From Bradymonadia bacterium (GTDB lineage: Bacteria > Myxococcota_A > Bradymonadia > UBA7976 > UBA1532): a DNA stretch of 64,000 nt. How positions within the stretch are numbered: the stretch's first letter is position 1; each line of letters begins with the position of its first letter. The position numbers and the translations under genes are program-made. Of this stretch, positions 1 to 9,587 are shown in pieces. The DNA is taken from the NCBI GenBank assembly GCA_049889275.1, contig JBMHDS010000129.1:28751-92750 (forward strand), in the 5' to 3' direction. The notes below the pieces were generated by a model, which saw only the letters and a list, made by a program, of their open reading frames with translations, made no database searches and had not been told where the DNA came from.

Positions 1-772
1 GGCCATGGTAGGTGTCGACGATCACAAAGATATGTTCGCCTGCAACCAAGTCCAGCGAGAGCGCACTATGGCGGACGGCCAGCGCTTCCGATGCGTCATT
101 AGAGCAGGCTAACTCGGTGACAGCTCGCTCACATTCGGTCCGCACGGCCAGGACTGTGTCGATCTGACTCCCCGATGTCTCGAGGACCCAAGTGCCGGCT
201 GATGGCACGGTCAATCGATGCACGCGGTCAGCGCCGGCAGTGCCGTCGGCACTGCAGGACAGACGAAATCGATTACCGCGAACAGTACCAGACAGCTGAA
301 AGCCGGGCTCGCTATCGAGAGCATGCTCGTTCAGATTGACAAACGGAAGCTCGCCGCAAGCGCCCGGTGGCATCGGCGCCTCCACATCGTTGGTCACAGC
401 AGCGTCTTGTGCTGCGGCATCACCTGCAGGTGATTGGTCTGTCAAAACACCAACATCACTGGCCGTCGCGGCATCTGATGGCGCGGTCTTAGCATCGAGC
501 TCCGAGGCGTCGACTTGAGCATGACTTTGAGAACCATCATCGAATTGAGTACGCGCATCATCGACGACAGTCGGCCCATCGAGCCCAACAAAGCTGCTAT
601 CTAGACTGAGCATCGGACGTGGCGTGGACTCATCGCAACCGACGAGGAGGGCGCCCGCAGTGACCAAGAGGACACAAACCAACCTATGGACAATTTTTGG
701 TCGTCGCGATGGCCTAAAATAACCAGCATTACCCAAAATCAGAGCCAGTCGCTGGATAGAAAACGTGTACAT
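1..772 (-). CDS. hypothetical secreted lipoprotein; 3' end truncated by the window edge
   Basis: Reverse-strand frame is open from the ATG at 772..770 to the window start, with an in-frame TAA at 775..773 just upstream. The N-terminus '...RLVCVLLVTAGALLVGCDES' reads as a signal peptide plus lipobox. The C-terminal part ('DTYHG', beta-rich) resembles a pre-peptidase C-terminal (PPC) like module. It is missing from the ORF track because no stop codon falls inside the window. Translated by hand. Confidence 0.45.
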   Translation of the reverse strand, partial: MYTFSIQRLALILGNAGYFRPSRRPKIVHRLVCVLLVTAGALLVGCDESTPRPMLSLDSSFVGLDGPTVVDDARTQFDDGSQSHAQVDASELDAKTAPSDAATASDVGVLTDQSPAGDAAAQDAAVTNDVEAPMPPGACGELPFVNLNEHALDSEPGFQLSGTVRGNRFRLSCSADGTAGADRVHRLTVPSAGTWVLETSGSQIDTVLAVRTECERAVTELACSNDASEALAVRHSALSLDLVAGEHIFVIVDTYHG

Positions 773-792
773 TTAGAAACTCGAAACCAGTA

Positions 793-2646
793 ATGCCGTT
801 TTTTTTGTCGGGCGAACAATGTCATATTGCGGCCATGACGAATGCAAATCAAACGAAAGACGCGACGAGCCAGGGCTACAGGCCCCTCGGCATGATCGTC
901 GCGCTCTTTATCATGTCGATCGCATCGTCCATTCTACCCCAGCTCAGGCCTGACACATCGACGATTGCCCTTTTGATGACGGCCGCCATCCTCGGCCTCG
1001 CACTCTGTTTGCGGGTTGTGGTGAGCCATGAGCATGCGCGGGACCGACGCATCGTTATCACTGGTCTCAAGCGACCGGAGCTTTATCGCATCGTGTCTCT
1101 CTGCGCACTTTTTGGCTGGGGGCTATCATCGGAGACCATTGGGTTAGGAGGTGTTGTCGGCTGGCTGTCACTGCTGCCCTTGGTCTACCTCTTCGACATG
1201 ATGTTCGAGATGAGACATTCAACCCACTACGCCCTCGGCTTGAGGCCGATGTTTCTGACCGGTTTAATGTACCTCTGCTGGCCAGGGCAAAACCCGAGCG
1301 CGGTGGGGCTTTTGTTAGCGGCCCTTGTTTGCACAGGAGTACGCCATCAACCCGGTGATACAGCCGCACGGCGCATCGTCCGTCGAATCCCAGTCCATGC
1401 GGTCGTCATTGCGATGGTCTGCGTATTCCTGATGTATGCCGATATCAACCAAGCCCGCGGTTTTTTACTGAGTTACCCTTGGCATGAATCCGGCGTCTCA
1501 CTGCTCGTTCTGACCCTCACTATCGGCTTGCTGCAACCACAAGGGCACATCTTGGCCACCGTTGCGGCGGCGATTATTTTTGCTGCTATCGACCATCTCT
1601 ATCAACTGACAGGGCTCAACTCAGTCTTTCCCGTCGGCGTGTTTCCAGCGGGTTATCTGCTGGTTTTAGGCGTCTCATGGCCAGGTTATCGCGAATCGAC
1701 ACCATCGACCGCCCACGCGTTCTTAACCGGTCTGATTTACGCTGTCGGTTGTCTCATTTTGCTCGCTGTACTCACCAAAACATCAGCGTTCTTCGATGGC
1801 GGTGATCACACACGTTTTGCCCCCTATTTGGCCGCAGGCTTGACACCCCTTCTCACTCTGGCCGTGAACCCCAGACAAGAGACGTCAACATTTCAGCCGG
1901 GACGCTACAGCATGGCGCTGGCGTGCTTGGCTGGGATCATCTGGTCCACACACCATGATTTTTCCGCACGTGTTGACGGAGCGCTCATTCAAGCATCGAC
2001 GCGCTGCGCAAAAGACTCGGATACGTGTGACCGTTTTGTTGGCTTATTCATGAATGAATGTGAGGGACCAAGTACTGTCAGCAGGCCCCTCAGCTGTCGC
2101 CAAGTGGCGACGCACATTGAAGAGCTCGGGTGCGCGCGTGGGATCAAGACACGGTGTCGAACGCTGGGCCGCAGCAAACTCAGAAGTTCCGAACCGTCAA
2201 CGCAAAGAGAAGGTCGGCGTCTGATGTCGACCGCTTGCACCGACGGCCTGATAGAAGCCTGCATTGACTTGGCTCAATTCCTCGAAGAAAGCGATCCACA
2301 GGCCCACGCCTTGCGCCGAAGGGTGAGCCGAATCGCCTGTGATCAAGGCGATCGCCTCGGCTGTGAGCTACTTGGATTCTCGATGTTGGATACGGCAAAG
2401 ACAGCGAACGAATACAAGGCAGCTTCAGAGAAGCTGTATTTTGCCTGCCAGGTTCATAGACCGAGGGCGTGCACCAAGCTCGCCGAGATGCTCTTGATCG
2501 GGCAATTTGGCAAAACGAGTCCGGCGCGCGCGCGAATCCTCCTCGATGGTGCTTGCCGACGTGGTCATGAGCCGGCTTGCGAGCGCTTACGCAACCACAA
2601 AGCGCTGAACGGAGCGGCCTCACCGACGCAACCGAGGCAGCCATGA
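793..2646 (+). CDS. polytopic membrane protein with C-terminal Sel1/TPR-like repeats
   Basis: 617-aa ORF. About 10-12 hydrophobic helices span the first ~380 aa. The C-terminal ~150 aa hold repeated motifs such as 'ACTKLAEMLLIGQFG' and 'DGACRRGHEPACERL', typical of Sel1 repeats. Its stop overlaps the recX start (ATGA). Confidence 0.6.
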   Translation: MPFFLSGEQCHIAAMTNANQTKDATSQGYRPLGMIVALFIMSIASSILPQLRPDTSTIALLMTAAILGLALCLRVVVSHEHARDRRIVITGLKRPELYRIVSLCALFGWGLSSETIGLGGVVGWLSLLPLVYLFDMMFEMRHSTHYALGLRPMFLTGLMYLCWPGQNPSAVGLLLAALVCTGVRHQPGDTAARRIVRRIPVHAVVIAMVCVFLMYADINQARGFLLSYPWHESGVSLLVLTLTIGLLQPQGHILATVAAAIIFAAIDHLYQLTGLNSVFPVGVFPAGYLLVLGVSWPGYRESTPSTAHAFLTGLIYAVGCLILLAVLTKTSAFFDGGDHTRFAPYLAAGLTPLLTLAVNPRQETSTFQPGRYSMALACLAGIIWSTHHDFSARVDGALIQASTRCAKDSDTCDRFVGLFMNECEGPSTVSRPLSCRQVATHIEELGCARGIKTRCRTLGRSKLRSSEPSTQREGRRLMSTACTDGLIEACIDLAQFLEESDPQAHALRRRVSRIACDQGDRLGCELLGFSMLDTAKTANEYKAASEKLYFACQVHRPRACTKLAEMLLIGQFGKTSPARARILLDGACRRGHEPACERLRNHKALNGAASPTQPRQP

Positions 2647-3224
2647 AGACGTACCGCAAACCAAAACCACTGACCTATCAACAGGTCGAAAGAATGGCTG
2701 TCTCCTATCTGCAAAGATTTCCAGCGAGCATCGAGAGATTTCGTGAGGTCATGGCCCGCAAGATCAAACGCTATGAGGCACGCAGTGAGACGGTGGTAGC
2801 CACGGCCTTAGAATGGGTCGCCAAAGCCGAGTCGTTCTGCCTACGCGTCGGGCTGCTAGACGATAAAGCGCTCGCGAAAGGTCTCGTTCAGAGCTACCAC
2901 CGTAGGGGGGATGGGCTCGCGGCGATCCGGATGAAGCTTATCCGCAAAGGGATTCGGTCACCCGAACTCGATGAGGCGGTCGCGATGCTCACCGAAAAGT
3001 ACGAAAGCACCGGCACATCCGTAGAACTCGTGGCAGCAGTTCGATACTTACGTCGCCGACGTTTCGGTCCATTTTACGACGGTGAACTCGACTGGCATAC
3101 CCGTCGTAAACAGGTCGCATCCCTAGCCCGACGCAGACTACCTGCGGATGTCTGCTGGACGGCGATCAAACTGACGCGGGACGAAGCAGATGCGATTCTT
3201 TACGAGGCCCAACAGAACGCGTAG
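2643..3224 (+). CDS. recX: regulatory protein RecX
   Basis: Three-helix repeat pattern: 'AVSYLQRFPASIERFREVMARKIKRYE', 'GLLDDKALAKGLVQSYHRRGDGLAAIRMKLIRKGI', 'VAAVRYLRRRRFGP'. The ATG at 2643 overlaps the upstream stop (ATGA), so this start is preferred over the track start at 2577. Confidence 0.75.
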   Translation: MKTYRKPKPLTYQQVERMAVSYLQRFPASIERFREVMARKIKRYEARSETVVATALEWVAKAESFCLRVGLLDDKALAKGLVQSYHRRGDGLAAIRMKLIRKGIRSPELDEAVAMLTEKYESTGTSVELVAAVRYLRRRRFGPFYDGELDWHTRRKQVASLARRRLPADVCWTAIKLTRDEADAILYEAQQNA

Positions 3225-3245
3225 CATGCCGACCGTAACCAATTG

Positions 3246-4064
3246 ATGAGAGCGATCTTGAACCAAATGCCCATACAGTTCTTGCGTCTCCTGGCTTGCT
3301 GCGCCTGTCTCATCTCGACTGGCTGGGCTGAAATCAATTGGAGTCAGCAGACGCTTTCGCAAGACGGCCTCACGGCCACGCGTGCCACCGATATCAACGC
3401 AATGCTCAAAGACAAATTACTGAACTTTGCAGGCCAGCGTGGTGCCATGACTGAATGTGAGACCACGACCGAGACAAAACGTGCTTGTGTTGCGTACACC
3501 ATCCACGGTCTCAATGGTGACCGATTGAAATTGCGTGTTGGACCAGATGAACCTCACGTCAAGATATTGCAGAACGCTGAATTCGTTTCGGTCAAGCGCT
3601 GCGCCGCGCTCACTGCTGCGCGCGTTGGCCTTGGCTGGGAGGTCGACTGTGACGCCACAGACGATACCCAAGTTGACGCAATTGGGCTCCAAGACGTGTT
3701 TGCGCTCGAAAGTGGGGCTACGAAGTCAGCAGAATGGACAACCGTTGTCCGCAAGATACAGCCACGGCCCGGTCGGCCGCTCTCACTGCCAAAAGGGCGT
3801 TTGAAGCTTCGTGGTCAAGGGACTGTGAAGGCCCTCTCAAAATGCAGCCCGCTCAGCCCGGTTTATCGCCTCATCACCGATTGTCGCCGTATTGAACTCA
3901 AAGCCGGTCGGCTGCACCTCACGGTTTATATGCGCGGTGACCAAACATCTAAGGGTCGAAAACCAAAGCTAAAGAAGACCTTTCGTTTTAGCGACTGCCG
4001 GCTGGTGCGCGTCGTGCCCTGGTCGGTCTGGACAAGCGTGAGTTGTGTGATCCCTCCACGCTGA
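3246..4064 (+). CDS. hypothetical secreted protein
   Basis: Second M of the 3243 ORF is an ATG. Signal-like N-terminus 'FLRLLACCACLISTGWA'. No recognisable domain. Confidence 0.5.
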   Translation: MRAILNQMPIQFLRLLACCACLISTGWAEINWSQQTLSQDGLTATRATDINAMLKDKLLNFAGQRGAMTECETTTETKRACVAYTIHGLNGDRLKLRVGPDEPHVKILQNAEFVSVKRCAALTAARVGLGWEVDCDATDDTQVDAIGLQDVFALESGATKSAEWTTVVRKIQPRPGRPLSLPKGRLKLRGQGTVKALSKCSPLSPVYRLITDCRRIELKAGRLHLTVYMRGDQTSKGRKPKLKKTFRFSDCRLVRVVPWSVWTSVSCVIPPR

Positions 4065-4258
4065 TGTGCCAGCATCTTGACTGCCCTCACTCATACGCAG
4101 CCTTATTTTTGAGCCTTAGAAGCACTTAATACACTGCAATTAGCTTGCAAAGCGTGGTAGCTATGGGCGCGGTCTGTGTGTTTGCCTTTGTCGGGAATGC
4201 AAACAAAGCGGACCACTAATCGTTGAGGCACTTCAGTTTGCAGGCACGCTCCCAAAAG

Positions 4259-5362
4259 ATGCTCGCCGGCTTGGGCACGGTCGTATTGTTTTGCGGTCTT
4301 TTTGGTACCGTTTTAGGCATTGCGATCGCGCTCCCCATCGGTCAAACAGCCGTCGTTGGCGCCGTGCGAGGGCTGATTACTGGACTGAGCGCAGGGGTCA
4401 TGGTTGGTGGTTTGGAGACATTATTCGACCGAGGCTCTCTAATGTGGATTGTGCGTCGAACCCGCCTCTCGATCGTGTTAACCGGGCGCGTCACCTACTA
4501 CTTGTTCAGCATTTCTCTGAGCATTCTGCTCGGTCGCATCAGCGCCTACGCGATGTTCGGGCTCCCCGGCGACCCAATGGCATTTGACCTTGAGTTTTTG
4601 GGTGCATTTATCCTGACAGTCGGAATTGGTCTCTTACTGCTCCTGCTGTACAAAGCCACCCCACATATCGGTAAAGGGATGCTGTTCAAACTCTTGATCG
4701 GCACCTATATGAAACCCAGGCATGAGAAACGCACCATCGTATTTATGGACCTGATCGGTTCCACCCGGCTCACCGAAGAGATCGGGGACTCAGGTTTCAT
4801 GCGATTTCTAAACGATACGATTTTCAAGCTGACCCAACCCATCTTACAGCACAGGGGCACGATCTACCGCTACGTCGGTGATGAAGTGATCATTACCTGG
4901 CCCGTCGAACAAACCACCGCCGCGGTCCAGTGCGTGTTCGATATGATGATCGCCCTAAAGGAGCAGCGACCGTATTTCGAACAACGCTACGGGCACAGTC
5001 CGCGCTTTCGTTTCGGTATGCACGTGGGACAGGTCATGGTGGGTGAACTCGGTGACCTCCACGTGGAGATCGCGATGCTTGGAGACGCGATCAATACCAC
5101 CAAGAGGATTGAAGATGCGTGCCGACAGTTCGATTTCAACGTCATGGCATCATCCAAGCTCGTAAAGCATGCCGAGTTGCCGCCCGATATCCACGCGGTG
5201 CCAGTCGAGGAAATCGCCGTACGTGGTAAGGCCGACAAGCTCAAGCTCTGTGGTCTCGTCAACAGCAACCACCGTTTGGTCTCCAATCCGCGCATTGTGC
5301 TGGCGGATTATTCATCGCTGCAAAACAAGCAAACGCTTCCGACGCAGACAGGTCCGTCTTAG
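4259..5362 (+). CDS. membrane-anchored class III adenylate/guanylate cyclase
   Basis: N-terminal half has ~5-6 TM helices. C-terminal cyclase motifs: 'RTIVFMDLIGSTRL', 'YVGDEVIITWP', 'FRFGMHVGQVMVGELGD', 'LGDAINTTKRIED'. Start taken at the internal ATG ('MLAGLGTVVLF'). Confidence 0.8.
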   Translation: MLAGLGTVVLFCGLFGTVLGIAIALPIGQTAVVGAVRGLITGLSAGVMVGGLETLFDRGSLMWIVRRTRLSIVLTGRVTYYLFSISLSILLGRISAYAMFGLPGDPMAFDLEFLGAFILTVGIGLLLLLLYKATPHIGKGMLFKLLIGTYMKPRHEKRTIVFMDLIGSTRLTEEIGDSGFMRFLNDTIFKLTQPILQHRGTIYRYVGDEVIITWPVEQTTAAVQCVFDMMIALKEQRPYFEQRYGHSPRFRFGMHVGQVMVGELGDLHVEIAMLGDAINTTKRIEDACRQFDFNVMASSKLVKHAELPPDIHAVPVEEIAVRGKADKLKLCGLVNSNHRLVSNPRIVLADYSSLQNKQTLPTQTGPS

Positions 5363-6768
5363 AGTCGGTCCCTAAAGAGAGAATCAATCCCCTCAAAATA
5401 ATAACCGATCATGACACCTGTATCTTGAATCTGAGCGATGCCGCGCCGAGACGCATCGTCAGACAACCAGACGTCTTCGGCGAACAGACGAAAGAAAATC
5501 GAGCTGGTGAGAAAACCTGTGTATGAGAGAATGACGACACGCTCACCAACCCATATATGAGGTGAGTCAGCCCCTTCGGATATCTGAATATAGGAGCCAC
5601 CCAATCCAAACTCGATGGACACAGCGCCGACCGGTGTATGGCCCGTCAGAGTGGCTATTCCATGTAATCCGAGCCGCGTAAACCGAGTGGAATCTCTGTC
5701 GTCTCGAATGGTCAAAGGCTCGAACAAATCGAGCGCAAAGCCAGGTCCTAGGTTTAAGTCGTAGTCCCAATTTCGAAAAGCATCAGGATGTGACACCGAC
5801 AAGAGTTTTGCACTCAATCGCGCTGCCCGCTCAGTCCCCTCCCCCGATTCGTTTGCTGACTCTGCGGTGTTTGAGACCCGCCTCACCTGGCTTGCGACGG
5901 CGACACTCTCAGGGACCAGGCTCAGGGTGCTTCGTAAGAGGCCCAGCAGCGAAAACCCGCGAGTGCTCGTCAGATCGATGTCTGTGCCTAATGACATGGG
6001 CGCTGCGGGCACGACAACACCTGTATGAAGGTCCGCCACATCACCTATGAGCATGTCCATCCCATCGGAACCACTCTTGACCTCAAGCGACGCGATGTGA
6101 CTGGCGTCGGTCTCGTAGCCGAAGCGGTTGAATCGCCCACGGTCCCATTCTCTGTCACCGATGGTTGCCAGATTGACCCGCAAGCGCCTCGCCCAAACCG
6201 CAGACTTACTCGGATCCACCGACTCAGCGCACGGCTCGGTACGTCTTACGGATTTCATCCACTCATCGGTCATTTTTTGGCGCGCGGTCGGTGCGTATGC
6301 CAAGGGCAAATGTACAACATATTTGGGGCAAGATTTCGCCTTTAATGCGCTCTTTACCACGACCCGTCTGGGGCAATTGAAGGCCGCGCCCGTCCACCAA
6401 TCGACCCCGATCCCCGCGCCCCAAACACCGAGTAAACCAAGGCCACCCAATGGTGCCCCCAGTAAACCAATGCAGAAGTTCTCGAGCGGTGACCCAAGCC
6501 AAGAATATCGGCAGTCTCGCTGAGTCCAATGGCGGTCGCCATCGGCGCCACGCACATAATATGACAGCTGCTGCTGTTGAGAGACTTGTGCAAAAAATGG
6601 GGTCTTACCGACGACGCGCCCCTTCGCGTCATGAACCTGCGCACCTCGCGGGCTAGAATCTACGGACACGTACTGACTCTGCCCCATCAATGAGCCACAG
6701 CCACCCACCACAACACTCAAGACGCTCAAGACCACCAGCCAGGTAAACTTAAAACAGGTTCGAACCAC
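5359..6768 (-). CDS. hypothetical lipoprotein
   Basis: 469-aa ORF. Signal plus lipobox 'LSVLSVVVGGCGS'. Converges on the cyclase gene with a 4-nt overlap. Confidence 0.5.
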   Translation of the reverse strand: MVRTCFKFTWLVVLSVLSVVVGGCGSLMGQSQYVSVDSSPRGAQVHDAKGRVVGKTPFFAQVSQQQQLSYYVRGADGDRHWTQRDCRYSWLGSPLENFCIGLLGAPLGGLGLLGVWGAGIGVDWWTGAAFNCPRRVVVKSALKAKSCPKYVVHLPLAYAPTARQKMTDEWMKSVRRTEPCAESVDPSKSAVWARRLRVNLATIGDREWDRGRFNRFGYETDASHIASLEVKSGSDGMDMLIGDVADLHTGVVVPAAPMSLGTDIDLTSTRGFSLLGLLRSTLSLVPESVAVASQVRRVSNTAESANESGEGTERAARLSAKLLSVSHPDAFRNWDYDLNLGPGFALDLFEPLTIRDDRDSTRFTRLGLHGIATLTGHTPVGAVSIEFGLGGSYIQISEGADSPHIWVGERVVILSYTGFLTSSIFFRLFAEDVWLSDDASRRGIAQIQDTGVMIGYYFEGIDSLFRDRL

Positions 6769-6856
6769 ACGGAGCCGCTGAATGCGCGCTCGATCATCCT
6801 GACTGGTTTTCTCTAGTCGGCGCAGCGTCGTACTCGTCTATCGTTTTTTGAACGCC

Positions 6857-7720
6857 TTATTCGGCGTAGACGTGGGTGTGTTCGATGGCCGCGACCGCAT
6901 CGCAACTGGCATCTTCAGGGGCAAGCGGCTGCATCAAGAAAGCATGTTTTTCGTCAACCAGCTCAAGCTTACCAAGCGCCTTATCGAGGCTCTTCTTTAC
7001 GTTCACGAAGGGCACACTGTCACCATAGACTTCAATGTCGATACGTACAGCAGCATCGCCAGTGGCGCTTTGGTCTTCCGCGATTTCGCCGTCGAGTTCA
7101 AAGCGGTACCGCAACCCAACATACACCCGGTAGCCATCGATGGTGACCGTCATGCCAGGCTCACCATCATCGTCGATGTCGACGAGGCGTTCATCATCAT
7201 CTGTCGCCGGTAGCTCATCAGAGACGGGATTCTCCAGTTCAGCGCCAGCGATTAAGGCCATCTGCGGTGTCTGCAGTTGGGGCGAGGCCAATTCACCTGT
7301 CAACGCAAGGTCGACTGGCAGCGATGAGACCGATTGAAGGGCCTCCGGCGCCATCTCAATGGTCCGACCGTCCAACTCCGGCAACGCCACCTGGCAGGGC
7401 ATCACGTATAGCTTCGCGCCCGCCTCATCGACAACGCGTACTGCGCGTCCTCGAAACTGGGCGCGCCACTCTTTTGGCTCATCATCCTCGTCTTCCGCTG
7501 TCTTGAGCCAAGTGTCGATGATGAGCGCATAGTCTTGAGCCATAACCTCTGCTGCATCTGGCAACAGTTCGCCTTCACCGGTTTCGTCCGCCTTGCCACC
7601 GGCGCCGTTTTCAACATCTGTTCCGATGGGCTCCACAGGTTCGTCGGAGCAACCCAGCGCGCCTGAAAGAACCAAGCTCGCAGCGAAAAGATGAATCATG
7701 ACTTTGGACATAATTGACAT
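6857..7720 (-). CDS. acidic secreted lipoprotein, hypothetical
   Basis: Signal plus lipobox 'LVLSGALGCSDE'. Very D/E-rich mature region. Confidence 0.5.
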   Translation of the reverse strand: MSIMSKVMIHLFAASLVLSGALGCSDEPVEPIGTDVENGAGGKADETGEGELLPDAAEVMAQDYALIIDTWLKTAEDEDDEPKEWRAQFRGRAVRVVDEAGAKLYVMPCQVALPELDGRTIEMAPEALQSVSSLPVDLALTGELASPQLQTPQMALIAGAELENPVSDELPATDDDERLVDIDDDGEPGMTVTIDGYRVYVGLRYRFELDGEIAEDQSATGDAAVRIDIEVYGDSVPFVNVKKSLDKALGKLELVDEKHAFLMQPLAPEDASCDAVAAIEHTHVYAE

Positions 7721-7893
7721 AAACAGCGCCCCACTCCACGTTGGCGGAGTATACAGTATGGCTGGAAAATTTTCCTAGTACAATTTATCAGGTCAGGGCT
7801 TCCGTCAGATCACAGCGCGCTGTATGCACGTCTACGCCATGTCTCCGCGGAAGGTATTGCCGAATTCGGCAACCCAATCATCAGCGCCAGCCG

Positions 7894-8898
7894 TCAAACT
7901 TCGCGGTGCAATTTCGGGCGATGACCAGCCAGCAACCAAGTGTATTTACCGGTCAACCGAGTCTTGAATCCCTGCTGATTGAGATACCTTCGAAAAGCGC
8001 TGACCTGACGAAAAAGTGTAGAGAACTCGGGCTCCGCATAGTTCTTGACGCGGGCGCCATAGCGAAGCGTCATGTTCTCGTAACGGCAATTTGGGAAACC
8101 TAGAATGAGTGTACCGTTTGCCGTCAACACATCTTTGACAACCCGCCGACAGATGGCCTGTCCGTCGAGTGTGGGGCTGTGCAAAGTGTTGATAGCGACC
8201 ACCAGATCGAAGGCCCCACTCGAAGACCAATCAAAATCGTCGAGGTCTGCGCAATGAAACATTGTGTTCAGCTCAGCAAATCTGTTTTCTGCCTCGGCGA
8301 TCGCCGATGGACAGTGGTCGACACCAACCCATTCGATCTCTTGCCTAATCGCGGGGTCTAGGAGACCGTTCAAGCCTTCGATCTCGTCACCTCGATTCAC
8401 ACCGAGAATGAGAACACGCTGTCCAGACGACAATCGTGCTTCCCTCATGGCCTCGGCGATACCATGGACAAAGCTTGGTTCCTCAAAACGACGCAGTCGC
8501 GCGTACTCAGACGCGACGCCATACTTCTCCGTCTCACCCGATTTCATCGCAGCACGGTGCAGACATTGAGTCTCGGCGATGGGCTCAAACCGAAGTTGCA
8601 TGAAGGGCGGCTCTAGCCGCCGCGGGACAGATAACCGACAGCGCAAACTCTCTGCCAACTCAAGCCAACACTGGATTGTACGATAACGGACGGGTTGACC
8701 CTCGTAGTCGACAAACTCACCGTCAAAATGGGCCGGAAAATAGTCGGGGTTGATGACCCTAAACTCTATAGCTTCACGCCGATGACCAATGTCCAAATGG
8801 TCTAGCAAAACAGCACGAATCTCAAGCAGTGTTTCCTGACAAAAAGTGAGCATCGAGTTGACCCTACAGCTCAATTCACCTGACGATTTGCGGCGCAC
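7894..8898 (-). CDS. class I SAM-dependent methyltransferase-like protein with unknown N-terminal domain
   Basis: C-terminal half has Rossmann motif-I-like 'RVLILGVNRGDEI' and 'FDLVVAINTLH' (methyltransferase motif II/III-like). The N-terminal ~150 aa are unassigned. Confidence 0.5.
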   Translation of the reverse strand: MRRKSSGELSCRVNSMLTFCQETLLEIRAVLLDHLDIGHRREAIEFRVINPDYFPAHFDGEFVDYEGQPVRYRTIQCWLELAESLRCRLSVPRRLEPPFMQLRFEPIAETQCLHRAAMKSGETEKYGVASEYARLRRFEEPSFVHGIAEAMREARLSSGQRVLILGVNRGDEIEGLNGLLDPAIRQEIEWVGVDHCPSAIAEAENRFAELNTMFHCADLDDFDWSSSGAFDLVVAINTLHSPTLDGQAICRRVVKDVLTANGTLILGFPNCRYENMTLRYGARVKNYAEPEFSTLFRQVSAFRRYLNQQGFKTRLTGKYTWLLAGHRPKLHREV

Positions 8899-9484
8899 CG
8901 TGTTTGCGTTCCCAGCTGCGATACTTGGCTAAATATTCGGCCGCCTTCGCCTGTCTAAGTTTGATGGAGCGAATACCGGTGCTCTTCCCTTTGGGCCCAA
9001 AGATCTTTTCTTCAAATGTCAGACTATCGCCCATCCGTTTGACCTCAACCTTTTTGCTACCCGCACGCAATAGATCGACGGCATAACGCCATGCGGACGC
9101 GGTCCAGGGGCTGCCCTCATAGAAAACTTGTCCCCGCTCGCGTGGTGGCATCGCATCATACTCGGCCGAGGGCGCGTCGGGGGACACCTTGATGGTTCTC
9201 GTAAGCTGACTGAGCGCAATGACGAGATGCTCTGTGATGGTTCCACTCGATTTCGAGACCACACGCTTCAGCAGCGCGATACGACGCGGACCATAGAGCT
9301 GCTTTCCATCCACCGAGGCATCTTGAAAATCGCCCACGTAGTATTCGATACGGTCGGATGACGTGCTCGCAGGCTCGAGTTTTTTGGAGGCGTCGGCACG
9401 TGCTGTTTGCACTGTCGTCAAGAGCATCAAAACGCAGGCTGATATAAACGTCGTGTGAACACGGCTTCCCAGGCGATTCAACAT
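8876..9484 (-). CDS. hypothetical secreted protein
   Basis: Start moved to the internal M ('MLNRLGSRVHTTFISACVLMLLTTVQTARA', a signal peptide). The ORF-track start at 9556 is also possible. Confidence 0.45.
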   Translation of the reverse strand: MLNRLGSRVHTTFISACVLMLLTTVQTARADASKKLEPASTSSDRIEYYVGDFQDASVDGKQLYGPRRIALLKRVVSKSSGTITEHLVIALSQLTRTIKVSPDAPSAEYDAMPPRERGQVFYEGSPWTASAWRYAVDLLRAGSKKVEVKRMGDSLTFEEKIFGPKGKSTGIRSIKLRQAKAAEYLAKYRSWERKHGAPQIVR

Positions 9485-9587
9485 ACGGAAAAGTCTCCTG
9501 TTCTTAGTTTCAGCGGTTCCGTGACCGTAGGCATAACGCAACCCCTGCGCCGTCATTCAAATTGAGACGACGGCCCCTTCCACTCAG

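Noticed and set aside
6755-6775. GGTTCGAACC motif resembling a tRNA T-arm
   Set aside because: It lies inside a protein-coding frame with no acceptor or anticodon stem arrangement around it. No tRNA cloverleaf could be built.
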